DNA of 63,199 bases, counting the filler, from Choristocarpus tenellus KU-1152 (lineage: Eukaryota > Protista > Phaeophyceae), in assembly GCA_964200185.2 (NCBI GenBank). It is 10 parts of 10 records of this genome, joined end to end, with 100 filler letters (N's around TTAATTAATTAA, not from the genome) between each part and the next. Parts side by side here need not be neighbours in the genome. Positions count along the whole stretch, not along the records: positions 1 to 14,370 come from CAXNAD020001212.1; 9 more parts are not named here. One strand, given 5' to 3'. Below are positions 1 to 11,885 of this stretch, in pieces. The notes under the pieces are model-generated. The model was not told the DNA's origin. It saw only the letters and a program-made list of their open reading frames with translations, and searched no databases. Positions within the stretch are counted from its first letter, which is position 1; every line of letters starts with the position of its first letter. A program made the position numbers and the translations under genes.

Positions 1-1902
1 AAAAGAAATGACGAATATCACTCTGGACCATTCTTCTCCTGGAGTTGACCCTTATCCACTCCACTTTTGCCTTCTGCAGATGAAAGGACACTTCGTCTAT
101 GCATCCCTGCGCAGCTTGCCCTTTCAACTTGCTAAACAACTCTGCTACACGGCACTACTCCTTTAGGTTCTTGATGACTCGGATCTTCTACCAATTCTGC
201 GTCAGAGTCCCTGGAATTTTCCTCGGCCTGGTTAGTTCTCGAGCCCATCTCGGCTTCCCTAGCATTTGTGTTCTTTGCCAGTATTTTTGAGCATGTCGAA
301 AAAACCGGTACAAAATTGCATATTTTTTCGATTTGGTTCATAATAGTTGGCATAAAATCAGAGTAGGCACTGTACTCTACTCCTAAAACTCTCCGTAAAA
401 CCGCCTTCAACTATTGTAATACAACACACGTTTTTGTTGACGTATCTGATGATTTGTTGTACCCTTATAATATGATGACACAGTACATATTTCTTTTGTT
501 CCATAACATTTACAAAGAGTCAATGACCACAGCAACAATAATATTTGTGTGTCAGAGGACATAATAATAAATAATACTTCACGTTCATCGTAGAAGAGGT
601 GTTTATGTACAGTATGCATGTAGGTGTTCGCGTAAATTCGAACGAACAGTTTTTAATACATTATTATACCATAAAAATTTCAACATGTAACAATGGATAA
701 AAAAAAATAATATTGCTTCCTTTTTTCTTCCCTAGAAAATGTAAGTGGGCATTGTAATGAAGTAATACTGTTGTTATACTCCAAAAAACATATTAACATC
801 ATTCACAACACAAAATTAGTTGAGTAAGCGTAAGAACCAGGTGCAAGAACAAAGTGTAAGAACCAGGGGCGGACTATAATTTTCTATGAACTCTATAACA
901 CTACAGTTTTGGTGAATGTGAGAGATAGGACCGGTCGTTAGCAATTACGTGAAGCATGTTCCTAGACACCTTAGTATCAATTGGTGATGGGTGGGTACAC
1001 TCACTTGAAATAAACTTACATTTTCAAAGGATGAAGTCGAATCGATGAATAGCAGGCAGGGGTCAATACGTCGTATGAAGTCGTGTTCACCTACCACACA
1101 ATATTTAATTGTACCAACTACCGTATGGACAGACTTTCCGTTTTGATCGGTCGTATTACGTTTTTATTTGACATTGATAGTATTCACAACAGTAAGGAAG
1201 GAACTGACGTGACCACAGCGGCACTCTAATTCGTCGTATAGAAGGATATTTCATTGCATGGTTATCGTCAAAGTTAAGTGTATTTCTTAGGGATAGAGTG
1301 TCGTAACTATTGTTCTGAATAATAATATTTACTACTGTTTTTACATCATAGAATAAACCACCTGACCAACTGATAAAAGTGGACTGCGATCCTCCTCATT
1401 ATGTCATGTGACAATTTAAGTATTACTATTCATACTACTTCTGTTCCATTGTTTTGTTGTTGGTAAATTGTCATATTCTTTGAATCGACAATTTTCTATC
1501 TACCAATACATAAAAATATATTGGTACATGCATAACCTTATTGGAACGTAGAAATATATTTTTGGTTTATGGTTAATGGATTTTCTCTTTTTCCTAAGAT
1601 ATTATTAAAAATCCTCCAAAATGTTGATTTATGTCCAAATTCCATATAGCCAGCCCCTTCAAGATAATATTGATATCAATAAGAAAGCCTTGCAAGGTAT
1701 ATATATATATTGTTAACCAACGTTTTTGGTGTGGAGTTAGTTCTTGACCAGAAAAGGAGAGGGGAAAGAAAGTTAACGAAGAGGAAAGGTTAACCCGTGA
1801 GTTCAAACTTGGGTATCCACATCTCTACCGTGCTGGTCGAATTATTGTAACCCCAGAGGTAGGGGACTCCTGTAAAACGCCCCCCACACCAAACATACAA
1901 GC

Positions 1903-4900
1903 ATGGCTCAGCGTGTGCCAATGCACTTGTGCTCCCCAACATCACCCATCGCTGCCAATGCTGGTGGGCCCGTGGGGACGTACAGCGGTGGCAACGACGT
2001 CCCTGCAGAGGATAACCTGGAGATGTTTCTTCAGCACCTCATTTCTGCTGGTGTCGTGCGTATGGACGCTGTCATGGGCAAGAAAGCTGCTCTCATCAAC
2101 GACTTTCGTGCGGGGAAGATGGTCGGCACAGCAAGCCCTGCCACTTCGAAGAGTGGCAGCGGAACTGGAGTGAGCAATGCCATACCTATGCCTGCGTCAG
2201 AACCGAGCCTTGCAGCACTTCATGCCCTTGGGATACCCACCGAGTGCCGGATCGAGGGGTGCAATTTGCCGGCAACCTGTGGACCAGCCGGGCATGACCC
2301 CGTATTTTGCGCAGGACATAAGCAGGTGGGTATTGGGAAGCGTTAAATTCCTGTGGTAGCACAACCTTAAAGGATCTCCGAAAGATTTCCCATTGCTGTT
2401 GGTGGAGTTCTGTTGGAAGCCTACTCTCAGCATATCTTGATAACCTTATCTGCTTAACACCACGATTAATCAGAGAGTTCTTTCCCTATTCCCACAAAAA
2501 TATAACCAGGTACAAAATGAAGGACTTGCTCAAATGGCAACAGTTGTATGTCCACCTAAAGTATTAGTGAGTCCCGTATCTCTTGTATGTCAGCAATCTA
2601 CAACAGCGTTATTTCCTTTTCCATGCCCCTAGAATTGAACTCTATTTCAAGTTTCTGAATTCCCGTCCTCATTGGCTTGTATGTGGTAGGGCGAACACGT
2701 CGACCTGCACGATGCCAGGTGTGCGGCGGGCGACTGCAAGCGAAAGCGCAGCTACAACTACCGTGGCCGTCACCCGATGTTCTGCAACAAGCACAAAGCA
2801 GGGGGGATGGTTAACGTGGTCCTCCGACAATGCGAGGAGCCCACATGCTTTAAGACCCCGTGCTACGGAAATCCTGGGGAGAAGCCAGTCCGATGTTCCA
2901 AGCATAAGCTTCCCAACATGGTCAATGTGGCTAGCCGTCGTTGCGAGGATCCAATGTGCACCCGCCTGGCCCTCTTCAACTACCCTGGACAAAAGACTAA
3001 GATTCTGTGCAGCCAACACAAGGTGCAACATCGTCAGAGATTGGGTGGAGAGCCTGTGCACATATATTTTGAAGGGTGATAATGCACGCCAATAATGATT
3101 TGCATAGGGTATTGTAGAGATTGAATATCAACAGGGTCTCTGTTATTTCAGCTCTTTCATTGTCTAACTTGCTTTGCAGTTTGGTTCCCCGAGGTCACAT
3201 GTGTGGATTGATGGTTTTGAGAAAGATGGACACATGACCCACCATGTTTATGAGTAGACTCAACAGGTTGTCGCAATGCTTCCCACCCATGATGTGTGCA
3301 GCAGGATATACCCAACCGGCATTGGTTGGTAGCGGTAAAGTTTGTAACTTTTTTGCCCACTAACTACCCACCGACCTACCGACCTATGTGTGGATGTTCC
3401 AACATTGAAATATACAACCTGAGTTCTTTCCCGGTAGTTTCAATCCTGACATGTGCCAACTGTGTAATGTGTGTGTGTGTGTGTGGAGTGAAACAAGAGC
3501 ATTTATGTAGCTATAGTTCTTGCTTGTGCCTGCTCCTGCTTTGAGGTAGGGGGGAGAGCTTTGCAAGCTTCTGCACTTTTTGATGTGGAAGACCTGAAGC
3601 GGATGCCATGCCATGACGGCGACCACCTACTGAGTGTGATATGGTAACTGCCCTTACCTATGTCACCCTTGAAGATCAAATCGCCCTGATCTTGTCAAGA
3701 ACCTTTTTTAGATAAGCCACGATACAATACCTTTTTGTGTCAATACGACGTAGAAATGTCAACTAGTTCGACAGAGACAGAGAACAATCGAACCAATCAA
3801 CCTTGCTATAGTAATTTGTGTTTATGTGTGTGTTCATGGTGTGCAGGCGGAGGGGATGATGAACCTGAGCAGCAAGAGGTGCAAGCAGGAGGGTTGCCAG
3901 CGTTGGCCATACTACGACTTCCCGGGTGGCCGCCCTACATGGTGTTCCCACCACAAGGCTGAGGGTATGCTCGATGTCAAGAATCGCCGCTGCGAGTATG
4001 CCCGCTGCAATAGGTTTGCAAGTGAGCGACAGGGCCTTGATGCAATGGTGCTCCCCCTTGCATTTGGCGTGTTTTTGTGAACGACCTTTTTATTTATTTA
4101 TTTTATTTTGGTTCTTTTTTGTTTTTTTGTTTTTTGTTCTTGCTACGTGTCATAGCTTCTTCTTCTTTTTTCGCAAAAGCCCTGCCCATGTTAATGTAAT
4201 GTTAACCCACTTCGTGCCTTGTTGCGCTCACCCATTCCCCGAACAAGGGTACCACATACTTTTTTTTGTTGGCGTCAGTGGGACAGTATGATTAACTATT
4301 AGAAGATGAACTGATGATGGTATGTACTTCAAACACGTACCATCATCGATATATATATATATATATACATACATCTACACAGGTGCTGTAACTTACATTG
4401 TTATACCAATGCACTAAAATCCCTTGTATCTGGATGGCGGAAACCTTCAATTTTCCTTCAAAATCGTTGCCCTGAAGACTCTTTGGCTATGTTCGGTAAC
4501 CTGTCCCCAACCGTTCCTTCCCCATATGCGCCCCTCTGAGTTCTCACACAATTTATTTCCGTGTTGGCTTGTCTCAATGCATTGATTGCATGGCAGTCTA
4601 CGGCTTTGATGGGGACCGAACGCGCTACTGCACTGCGCACAAGGCGGAGGGGATGCCCTGCGCGATAAACAAGAAGTGTGAGTTCGACCTCTGTGCCCGA
4701 GCCCCGCACTATGCCATGCCTGGACAGAAGGCTAGGTTCTGTGAGACACACCAGCAGGAGGGCATGGTGATGGTGCGTGGCAAGGTTGTACGCAGTAGCC
4801 CTACCCCTAACATGCGCATGGTGGCTGCGGTTGCAGCAACAGCAGCGCAGAATGCCATGTCTGAGGCAGCTGCGGCAGCAGCAGCTGTAGCAGGTGCCTC

Positions 4901-5402
4901 GGTTGCGATGGGTGTCCCCTCCTCAGACGGTCAATTGACACACACGTTGGACGCCCCTGCTGGTGAGGTGGATGCCATGAACCGAGATGCGAGGATATTT
5001 GACACGGGGTTCCATGTTGGGGGGGTGATGCACCACAGAGTGATGGGGGGGATGCACCATCACCATGGTCACCATGGGGAACTTCACCATGAACAGCAAG
5101 GAGGTTTGCACCACCATCATCACCACCAAGAGGATGGTGGCATGCACCAACACGAGCATGAGCATCACCGGGTGAGCACCATGCAGGAGGCAATGCACCA
5201 TGAGACCCTCCACATTGAAGGGATGCATGAGGGACACTTGGGGCAGGGGCAAAACCTGGGGCATGGTCATGAGGGAGACCTGGGTCATCATGGGGGGGGC
5301 CTGGGTCATGATCATGGGGGAGGAGCAGTAGAGGCGCCTCAGGGAATGCATGTTGAGGAGCCATCGGCACTAGTTGGCCACTCACATCAACACCCTGAAT
5401 AA
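1903..5402 (+). CDS. EsV-1-7 repeat (C-x4-C...C-x2-H) protein with Ala-rich and His-rich C-terminal tail; 4 exons, about 578 aa
   Basis: Manual splice model join(1903..2325,2690..3022,3847..4021,4597..5402). All introns are GT..AG and phases match (0,0,1); 1737 nt in total. Seven repeats such as CEEPTCFKTPCYGNPGEKPVRCSKHKLPNMVNV and CKQEGCQRWPYYDFPGGRPTWCSHHKAEGMLDV match the EsV-1-7 pattern (C-x4-C-x15/16-C-x2-H-K-x2-GM(V/L)(N/D)V). Confidence 0.88.
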
Positions 5403-8400
5403 TAATGTGGACAAAATTGGTGTAGGGGTTTGAGACAGCACCCTGCATTCTGCTTTTGGGGCTCTATTGAGAGGAGGATTGTATTTCCTGAATATGTAAC
5501 TGCAAATATTCAATGCATAGTCAGTGGCAGTGAAGGGGATATCATCCATGTTGTTTGATCGAGCAGGATGCCTTTCCAGACCTCCCCTCCCTGTACCTGC
5601 TGCCTGAAGTAACTGTGTATGCTTTTGTAAAGAGAGTGTGATTGGTGAGTGAGCAAGTCTTGGGGTGTGAAGTTGCTTGGCTACTGCAAAAAACGCCTTG
5701 CTTTAATGTTCTATTTTTGTGCTTGATCAGACGACGCGAAGCAGGAGTCTTGCCACTAACTACTGCGTGTTTCCTTTTTTTTTATTGGCATCTTTAGTGT
5801 TTTTCCGTGCTCTCTTTGTCCAATTCGGTGGTCATCCTGTCAGGCGCATGTTTTTTTCTTGCATGTTTTGAGTGTTAGAAGTTACGTCAGGTTTGATGTG
5901 ACCGGCGTACTGTGTAGTATATTCTTACTGGAGTTTTTTGCTGCCCAAGTGATGTGCTACTGGGTATCGTAATTTTGTTATTGTGTCTTGAAGGGGCCTC
6001 GAGTGTGTGCCTGTGTGTGTGTCTGTGTCTGATCTGTGTCTGTGTGTGTGTCTGTGTATTTCATTTTTTTTGTGAATTGTGAAAAAAAAATTGTGTTTGC
6101 GAACCCCCTATAACAGTCGTGATTAATGTTGCTACTGTGGTATGTTTGTTGGGAAAAAATCAAATCAACTATATATTAATGTTTCAACTATGATGATGAG
6201 GTAGAGAGTAGGAGGAGGTGTTCATAACCATGCCTGATAGATGCCAAGCTGGAAGGGGGTTGCTGTCTACATAGGAGTGGATGATGGAGCTCTTTTTGGT
6301 GAGAGGCATATATATATGTATGTATGTATGTGTATGGCACAGGGTATGGGGCAATGGAGAAGTGAACTTTCGTTGGAAAAATATATTTTTTCTTGCTTCC
6401 AATATTGGGCTGGTTACAAGTACTGGTTGGACTGTTTTGCTGGTCTTTAAACTTGTTTGTGTTGCCACTTGCCAAAAAGGGGTGATGGTCAAGTTGTGAC
6501 TATCATTGACCACAGTGCATTGTGAGTAAGTGGTGGGTAGAGAGAAGATGGGGAAATAGTTTTATACCTGCATTGTGGAGATAAATATTATGCTCATGAG
6601 GACATTGTGGTTCTCAATGGGCCATACTGGAACATGCAATTGAAGCGTTGCCAGTCCTGTTTAAAATTTATACATGGTGAGATCCCCCTCTTTCTTCTGT
6701 GCCAAGTTCTTTGGGATAGGGTTTTGTTTTGTTCCACAGTGCTCTTCCTCTGTAAAGAAACCTGAAAAGCGGGATAGACTTGGTCTCTTCTTCTTGCTAC
6801 TTTTTGTGCCTGTTCAGGGTGGCTAACCTGTTCCTGGCACAAGCATGTCGGACTTGAAGAGCGAGAGAGAGAGAGAGAACTTCATTATTTTTTCTCAACA
6901 CATCAATAAAGGAAATTCAGCTACAGTTTGCCAAATTGGTGGTGCATGAACAAATGACAAGTTTTAATATAGCGTAAGTAGGACTCAGAAGGATGAATGT
7001 AGAACATCTAGGAGTGATCCCCACTGCCCACTGCGTGAGTGGGCAGATGGCGGAGAGGTGAGAGCTTTGAAAACTGAGTGTGTGTGACATGATTGGTTTA
7101 GTATTTGTGTGCAAGGGAGTGAGAGAGTGCCAATGGTAGCAGTCCTGGGGTTGATTGAATGTATGGTTTCTTGCTGCCAATTGCGGTTGTTAGGTTTTGA
7201 GGTATGATGCATGGTTCTGAGGCCTGGGTATCTTTCACGCGATGATGCTGAGGGTCTGTGGCTTGTTCTTTGAAAATATCTCTTACTCTCTGCAGCTTGC
7301 TACTTTTTGCACACTGCAGGGGACAATTGTGCTGTAACTACTGTATGAAAAGTGTACTTACGTAACTGCCACGGAACACTGACAGGGTGCAGAGGTGTAA
7401 GAGACAGAGAGTGGATGCATTGGTCTATAGGCAGGTAACAGTTGTGAGGTAGAGCTGGTGCAAGATGGAGCCAGTGGCTCATGTAGATGTTTGTATAACA
7501 CGAGGGTGAGAGCCGATACTGGTAACATCAATGCAGAAGGTATGAGATGTGAGTAATATAGAGCCGGTGTAGCTTGCTGGTCAGGAGTCCAGTATGTAAC
7601 TGTCACACTAAGACCTTGAAAATCTAACTACAATAGAATATTTGTAAGGAGTCTTTGGCACAGGCAGGTACGTGGGATCAAGAGGTGGCACTGGCCACAA
7701 ACAGATGGATAGGTGGGCAGATGATGAGTTGATCTAAAAGTTCATGCTGAGTACTACATAGTGGGTACACACCCCAAACCCAGAATTTTTTCAAGGGTCA
7801 CTCTGTGAAGTTGTAGGTTCAGCTGGGCTGCTTGAAACAAAAAAAATGATTAAGGTGGAATGGGTCCTCAACTTGTTTGTGCTGTGATAAAGACTCCATT
7901 TATCGAAGTATTGCTGTGGGCACAGATGTTGAACACTAGCAGCTTCAACCTCCGGGGGGTTTTTGCTTTGTGTGGTGATATCCCCTCCTTAGGTAGTTAA
8001 TTAAGAATCTGCTTCTTCAGATTGAGCAAATCGTTTGTATGGCCTTTCCTTCCCTTCTCCCAGAGACTTAATATCGAATTCTTCTTCAAAGTATAAACTC
8101 ATCAAAATAACGCCTCCAATCAACACATTTGGTTCCAGCACCTTATGTTTTATGTAGCATTTTGTGCTGCATCAACACTATCCGGTACATACATCCCAAA
8201 CCAGTATAGAACAGTTGAAGTTTTTGCTGGAGGTTGATGGAACTCTTGTCGAAACCAATGAAGCCATTGCCAAAAAAATTAATGTGATAAAAAACCAAAC
8301 TGGAAACCAAGATGGCAAAAGGCATATATTCATGACTTTAGTGGCAAGCCTCGCCCCTATATCGAAACTCCCCATGAAACTGATCCAACATAATATATAT

Positions 8401-9576
8401 ATTTCACAAGAGCTGATTTGCATGAAATCCAAGAATACATGAATCTTGTTAATGTGGTTCTTCAAAGGCATTGCCCAAGGAACAAGGTTAATGAAATGTT
8501 GACTAGGCATAGCAGGGTGTACAATCTTCACCCCTCCCAAAGATTTTTTTTTGGCAACACTCTACAAGCAAATCTACACACTCTAAGGATCACCAGGGAC
8601 TCCGGATGAAACACAAGGGGGGGTTAGTTACATAAACAACAAATCGGCCTGTAGGCATTTGTTCTCCAATCTGATGTGGCATGTACCAAGCCTAATCACT
8701 ACAACAGCAGCAGCAAGTTGTGAAAAAAAATTATCCTTAAATGCTTAACATGTCTACTGTGCTTTTAACTCCACGCAAGGTGAATGCACCTCTTTGTTTG
8801 CACCTTGAATGTATTGTAGCAACAGAAAATATGCAAGAAAAAGTTATTTTCATCCTGCAAGAAACAGAAGCCCTCACCAAATATTATTGCGATTCTTGAG
8901 GTTCATTTCTCTGGGGCCAGCCTAGGCAGGCAATGGACAAAAAACCCCATCAAGTGCACCAAGAGTAGCACATGCTAAATGTACAAAAGAGCACCAATGA
9001 ACAACCTAACACCCCCACCGGCATACCTGCCAGCCAAGACTTATTTCAGATTCACTCTGTCAGCTCATTCCTTCCTACAAATAATAAAAAACACCATTGA
9101 AGTACCCAAAACACCACCGGCATTCCTGCCTGCCACAACTATGTTTCAGGTTTGAATTGACAAGAAAATACAATAGACAACGTAACCTCCCCCCTTCCCT
9201 AACTTGCATTCCAAAACACTCCACATAGGCAACTTCAGAACCACAACAATCAGAACTCCATCTTGAAAGTGCATGATATCAAGCAACATTCCCTCTCTCT
9301 TGTAAGGAATTGCGAGAAAGGCAGTCGGAGACACACAAAGCCCTTGCACCTACAAACAATCTCCAAATCTCTCTACACTGCTCTCACCCTGCTCCATCCA
9401 TACATACCGCTGACAAACTACTGCAAGTCCCACAAATGCTTGTGAGAACATACTTACGTGCCCAACATCTTGGTCACATGAAAAATGTACATCCCGACAA
9501 CAGCACTGACAGAGGTTGAACGGGTTGCACGTCCACACTAAGTCCATCTTCAAGCTTGGGCACACCGAATACCACT

Positions 9577-11885
9577 TCACTCCAGCCTATGGTAGCGTGG
9601 ACTGCTCAAGATGTTGACCATATCCTCACGCTTGTGGGTGGCACAGAAAGATGCCTTCCTATCCCCCTCCATCCCAAAGCTTGGTCCCTTACCACACCCA
9701 GGGGTCTGACACTTGCGACTGACAACGTTGACCATACCATCGTGCTTATGCTTTGCACAGAAAGATGCTCGTCGATCACCAGGAAGACCATAGCTCGGAC
9801 CTCGCATGCATCCAATACTCTTGCAGCGGGGACTCACAACATTTACCATACCTTCCTGCTTGTGCTTAGCACAAAAAGAGGCTCGTCTTTCCCCATCAAT
9901 GCCATATGAAGGTCCACGCATACACCCCTCTTCCTTGCACCGCGGGCTCACCACATTGACCATGCCGTGCATTCGATGGCCAGCACAGAAGATGGCCTTG
10001 CGATCTCCCTCATGGGCGTAGCTTGGGCCACGCATACACCCCAAGTGCTGGCAGCGGGGACTCACAACATTGATCATGCCTGGCTGTCTGTGGCCGGAAC
10101 AAAAGAGTGCTCGCCGCTCCCCAGGTTGGGCATAGCTTGGACCAAGTCGACAGCCCTCCTGGTGACAGCGTGGGCTCACAACGTTCACCATGCCAGGCAG
10201 CTTGTGTCCTGCACAGAACGAGGCTCTTCTGTCACCCTCAAGTCCATAGCACGGTCCCCGGCGGCAAGATGGGTTCTGGCACAGTCTTGAACTCCCTTGT
10301 GAGTGGGATGGACGGTATGCCCCCATTGCGCCAGGGCCGTTAGCTGCTGCTGCTGCCAGCCCACTGAAGTCAATCTTTCTCCTTTTCGACGGTATTCCTG
10401 ACACAGGATTACCTATGGAGGATATGCCCATGCCGTTAGGACCCAATCCTCCACCTCCCAATCCTGGGCCAACCATCCCACCCCCCATCATTCCAGGCCC
10501 AACCATACCACCGCCCATCATACCACCCCCAACCATACCGTTACCACCCAACCCATTCCCACCCATATCAGATCCACTCAACCCATTCCCATTCATTGGT
10601 GGGCCGCCTAATCCATTAACACCCATTCCAGGTCCTCCCATTCCAGGTCCTCCCATTCCAGGTCCTCCCATTCCAGGTCCTCCCATTCCAGGTCCTCCCA
10701 TTCCAGTTCCTCCCATTCCAGTTCCTCCCATTCCAGTTCCTCCCATTCCAGTTCCTCCCATTCCAGTTCCTCCCATTCCAGTTCCTCCCATTCCAGGTCC
10801 TCCCATTCCAGTTCCTCCCATTCCAGTTCCACTCATGCCACCAACGCCCATCCCATCGTTGCCCATTGGGTTGCCGTCCATGGAAGTACCAACAAGAGTA
10901 GTTGCGCCCATTTGCATGCCACCCAAGCTTGCCGTCCCAACTGTGGTGCCACCCATCGCGGCGCTGCCCATCACACCGCTGCCCATGCCATGGCTCCCAA
11001 TTTCAGAGTTACCCATCCCAGTACCGATCATTCCTGTATTTCCTGGTTCGGTGCCGGTAATCCCCGTACTGTTCATCACCGTTCCGTCCATTCGAGCACT
11101 GCCCATACCAGTAGTTCCAATCACGTTGTTGCCCAACCCGTTGGTTCCCATACCACCTTCACTCATTCCCATACTACCCATCCCGCTGCTGACCATTCCG
11201 GTCTTTCCCATGTGGCTATTGCCCATTTCCATGCTCCCAATACCTGTGTTCTCCATTCCTGGAACAACCATGTTGCTGCCTATCATTCCACCACCCATCA
11301 AACCCCCAGTAACAAGGGCCGTACCCGTCATTCCCGAGCCTACTTCTCCAGGGTTAATTCGCATTTGCACCTTCTGATCTTGTTCCGTCAGATCTGAAGA
11401 GGTCACACCGTGCGACCCCACGACCGGTAGGTCGTGGATAGCGTTGTTTACCACAACTGATTGGGGGATCATGCTGTTAGTCTGCATGTGCTGCTGGGTA
11501 TCGACTTCGTTGTGATGATCATGATAGGACTCCGGTTCCAGATGCTGGTGACCTGCTGTAGAGTGAGGGACATGGCAACGATGGATGCTGTTCGTTACAA
11601 GGGAGCCGGTTAAGTCCAAGATCTAAACACAGTTGGACAGCATGTAACAGTGGGGCTAACGTCCGCTCGATCTATTGCCGCCTTTCACTACTTGGGCGGA
11701 AAGGGACAGCAACATTGGCACAGTGCCAGAGTTGATATCCCGCGCAAGCTGCAAGATGCGAAGAACGTTGATATCAGGGAACAGTTCTCACTCCCAACCA
11801 GCAGTACATGCGCTTCACACATACCTGGTGCCGTGGGAAGACCAGTCGGAGGGGATATCATCGGTCCGGTAGCTTCTGTCATCAT
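9577..11885 (-). CDS. EsV-1-7 repeat protein with N-terminal Gly/Met-rich low-complexity domain and basic NLS-like motif; about 678 aa
   Basis: The 680-codon ORF begins at a non-ATG codon. A likely first exon 11825..11885 (MMTEATGPMISPPTGLPTAP, donor G|GTATGT) splices in phase 1 to 9577..11552 (or 11555; CAGCAG tandem acceptor). Six 38-aa repeats of the form CxxxGCxRGPSYxxxGxRxAxFCAxHKxxGMVNVVSPR lie at the C terminus. PSKRRK precedes them. Confidence 0.88.
10622..10831. repeat. Coding minisatellite, 14 x 15 bp (CCCATTCCAG[G/T]TCCT), encoding (G[P/T]GMG)n on the minus strand
   Basis: Counted directly on the + strand: 5 G-type, 6 T-type, 1 G-type, 2 T-type units. Confidence 0.97.

Noticed and set aside
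99-619. Short ORFs at the window start
   Set aside because: No recognisable motif or supported splice structure.
4807-5448. 213-aa and 142-aa minus-strand ORFs
   Set aside because: Antisense shadows of the His-rich last exon.
8100-8600. LINE RT relic (FKGIAQG-like peptide)
   Set aside because: A single short motif in broken frames; not enough to call.
10415-11377. 320-aa Pro/Ile-rich ORF on the + strand (and the WEELE-repeat ORF 10608..10832)
   Set aside because: Antisense and alternative-frame shadows of the Gly/Met repeat region of the minus-strand gene.
1903-11885. Endogenous phaeovirus/NCLDV insertion
   Set aside because: The EsV-1-7 genes have spliceosomal introns and long intergenic spacers, and no viral core genes are present. 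They look like host family members.
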